Assembly (NCBI GenBank): GCA_046350815.1
Contig: JAXLZO010000001.1
Location: forward strand, 150,001-182,000
Direction: 5' to 3'
Length of the DNA stretch: 32,000 nt
Origin: Candidatus Saccharimonadota bacterium
GTDB taxonomy: Bacteria; Patescibacteriota; Gracilibacteria; BD1-5; UBA2023
A model generated the notes under the pieces. That model did not search any database. It was not told where the DNA came from and was given only the letters and a program-made list of their open reading frames with translations. Made by a program: the position numbers and the translations under genes. Shown one piece after another: positions 30,451 through 32,000 of this stretch. The number at the start of each line of letters is the position of its first letter. The stretch's first letter is position 1.

Positions 30451-30879
30451 TTAGCTTTTACCAGTAGTACCAAACCCACCACGATCTGATGTATTCATGG
30501 ATGTAACCACTTCAAACTCTGCACGCTCCACTGGAACAAACATAGCTTGTGCTATTCGATCTCCAGGATTGAGTGTAATGCTTTCTTTTCTCATATTTAT
30601 AACAGCGCACTTGATCGTATCGTTATCACCACAATAGTCTTGATCAATAATACCAAAACTATTCACAAACATAAGTCAAAAATTCTTGAAAGTAGACGAT
30701 CTTGGGCAGAGCATAAGTACATAACCAGGGGGTGTGGCAATGACAACACCCGTCTCCACAAGCGCATATTCACCCGGAGCAATCGTTTTTGTCTCACTCA
30801 CGGGCATATCAAAAGCACACGCGCCAGCTGTCTTATACTCAAGCATAACTCACTCAGGAAGCTTTGTTCGAACTATCAT
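30451..30879 (-). CDS. dut: dUTP diphosphatase, 142 aa, two in-frame TGA.
   Basis: The ATG at 30877-30879 is in frame with track ORF 30451-30672. Motifs: AGACAFDM, PRSS, GIIDQDYCG and RGGFGTTG. Confidence 0.88.
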
Positions 30880-30915
30880 AGTAATGAAAGGAAATGATAC
30901 AAAGTTAGTATAGTA

Positions 30916-30955
30916 AAATTTCCTGAAGTAAAAAATTTTTTACTTCAGGAAATTT
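30916..30955. terminator. Perfect 40-nt palindromic terminator between the L,D-transpeptidase gene and dut.
   Basis: The sequence is AAATTTCCTGAAGTAAAAAA/TTTTTTACTTCAGGAAATTT. Confidence 0.65.
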
Positions 30956-30998
30956 ATCTTTTATCAAAGAGAAATTATTAAATACAAGGCATAAGACC

Positions 30999-32000
30999 CT
31001 AATCTATATAAACCGTTGTACCAATTTTTGACCAGTCGTAGAGCCATTTTACTGCTTCATAGGGAGTATTCACACATCCATGGCTTCCTGCAGATGTATA
31101 GCTCGATACTCAGAACTCTCTACGCCAACAATTATGCTTATTGCAGGCATCGTGAATACCATAGGCACCATAGAACGCAATCCAATAATCAACCCAGAGT
31201 TCGTATTTTTCATCTGGAAAAGGAGATTTTAAGATTTTATTCCGTTGTTTATTGTACACTTGAAATACCCCTGTTACGGTTTCATGTTTGTTACGGCCAC
31301 TTGTAATGGGTGTTGAGAGGACTAATTCCCCATCTTCATAAACGTACATTTTTTGATCCAAGAGTGAGATAAATACTTGTGAGTATATATCAAAAAATGG
31401 TGCGGCAGGAGGAGTATTGTTTCCCCATTTTTGTTTCTCAGAGAGAACAAGATCCTGTCGCTTGATACGTGCAATATTACGAAGCCTCTCAGACTCATCA
31501 CGATACTCTTGGAGTACACGAAAAGAAGACTCATATGACTCCTTCAGATTTTGATAAGAAACATTAGCTAAATTCTCCTCGGAAAATATATCATGATATG
31601 ATTGCAAGATAGTCACTTCATCAAAAGAGAGTTCACCATCATGATTGACGCGATAAAAAGAAGCGAGAAAATTAATCTCATGTTCGAGTGCGCGGATTTT
31701 TTGCACGAGTAATACCCTTTGAGCTGATTCAGATGCTCGTAGTGCTGATCGCACTTCTTGTTGAAATGGAATCATGGATCCAGAATCATCATCTCATGAT
31801 ACATCAGAAGCAATTTCAGTATTTTCTTGGGGAATATATCCTGAAGAGAGATTTGAATTCTGCGATTGTTGTATATGTCCTTCCTCTGCATTTGTCTTGA
31901 ACAAAATAGGTTCCTCAAGTTGGAGGACTTCTCATTTAAGAAAATGAATACACAAAACAACATATGACAGAGTTGAGCGTATACCTCATTGAATCACCAT
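30999..32000 (-). CDS. L,D-transpeptidase (YkuD-domain) protein. The frame is still open at the window end.
   Basis: Track ORF 31110-31775 extends through a TGA to the TAG at 30999-31001, giving ...YGIHDA...SAGSHGCVNTPYEAVKWLYDW (His/Cys catalytic motif). Upstream the same frame stays open through TGAs to base 32000, where the last codon is ATG. Confidence 0.75.

Overview
This window only makes sense if UGA is read as glycine (translation table 25, known from Gracilibacteria/BD1-5 and Absconditabacteria/SR1 in the Candidate Phyla Radiation). The supplied standard-code ORF track therefore fragments almost every gene. I re-joined same-frame fragments by hand. The joined frames contain only TGA between fragments, never TAA or TAG, and need no frameshifts. 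The TGAs fall on universally conserved glycines: RNase III ERLEFL-G-D, the first G of the alpha/beta-hydrolase GxSxG, the prepilin cleavage-site G-1, ThyA, DHFR, TrpRS and GlyRS. Re-read this way, the window is densely coding, with 34 CDS and one tRNA.

Housekeeping genes: argS (partial), frr, a yvcK-like gene, rpsA, tRNA-His, glyQS, tilS, rnc, nusB, rpmF, trpS, and a thyA-folA-dut module.

Accessory content of interest:
1. A three-gene minus-strand operon (13459-20011). It encodes two small secreted four-cysteine proteins followed by a 1923-aa secreted multi-module leucine-rich-repeat protein with 33 in-frame TGA. The N-terminus of the large protein carries the same four-Cys module as the two small proteins.
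2. A seven-gene type IV pilus-like operon (23808-28945): a PilN-like protein, PilO, PilC and four pseudopilins.
3. A MazG-like/NUDIX/hydrolase/PLP-enzyme operon preceded by a structured leader that has competing terminator and anti-terminator helices.
4. Several orphan units bounded by a promoter and a terminator, which may be small RNAs.

No CRISPR array, rRNA or obvious mobile element was seen. All product calls rest on motif recognition by eye. No database search was run.
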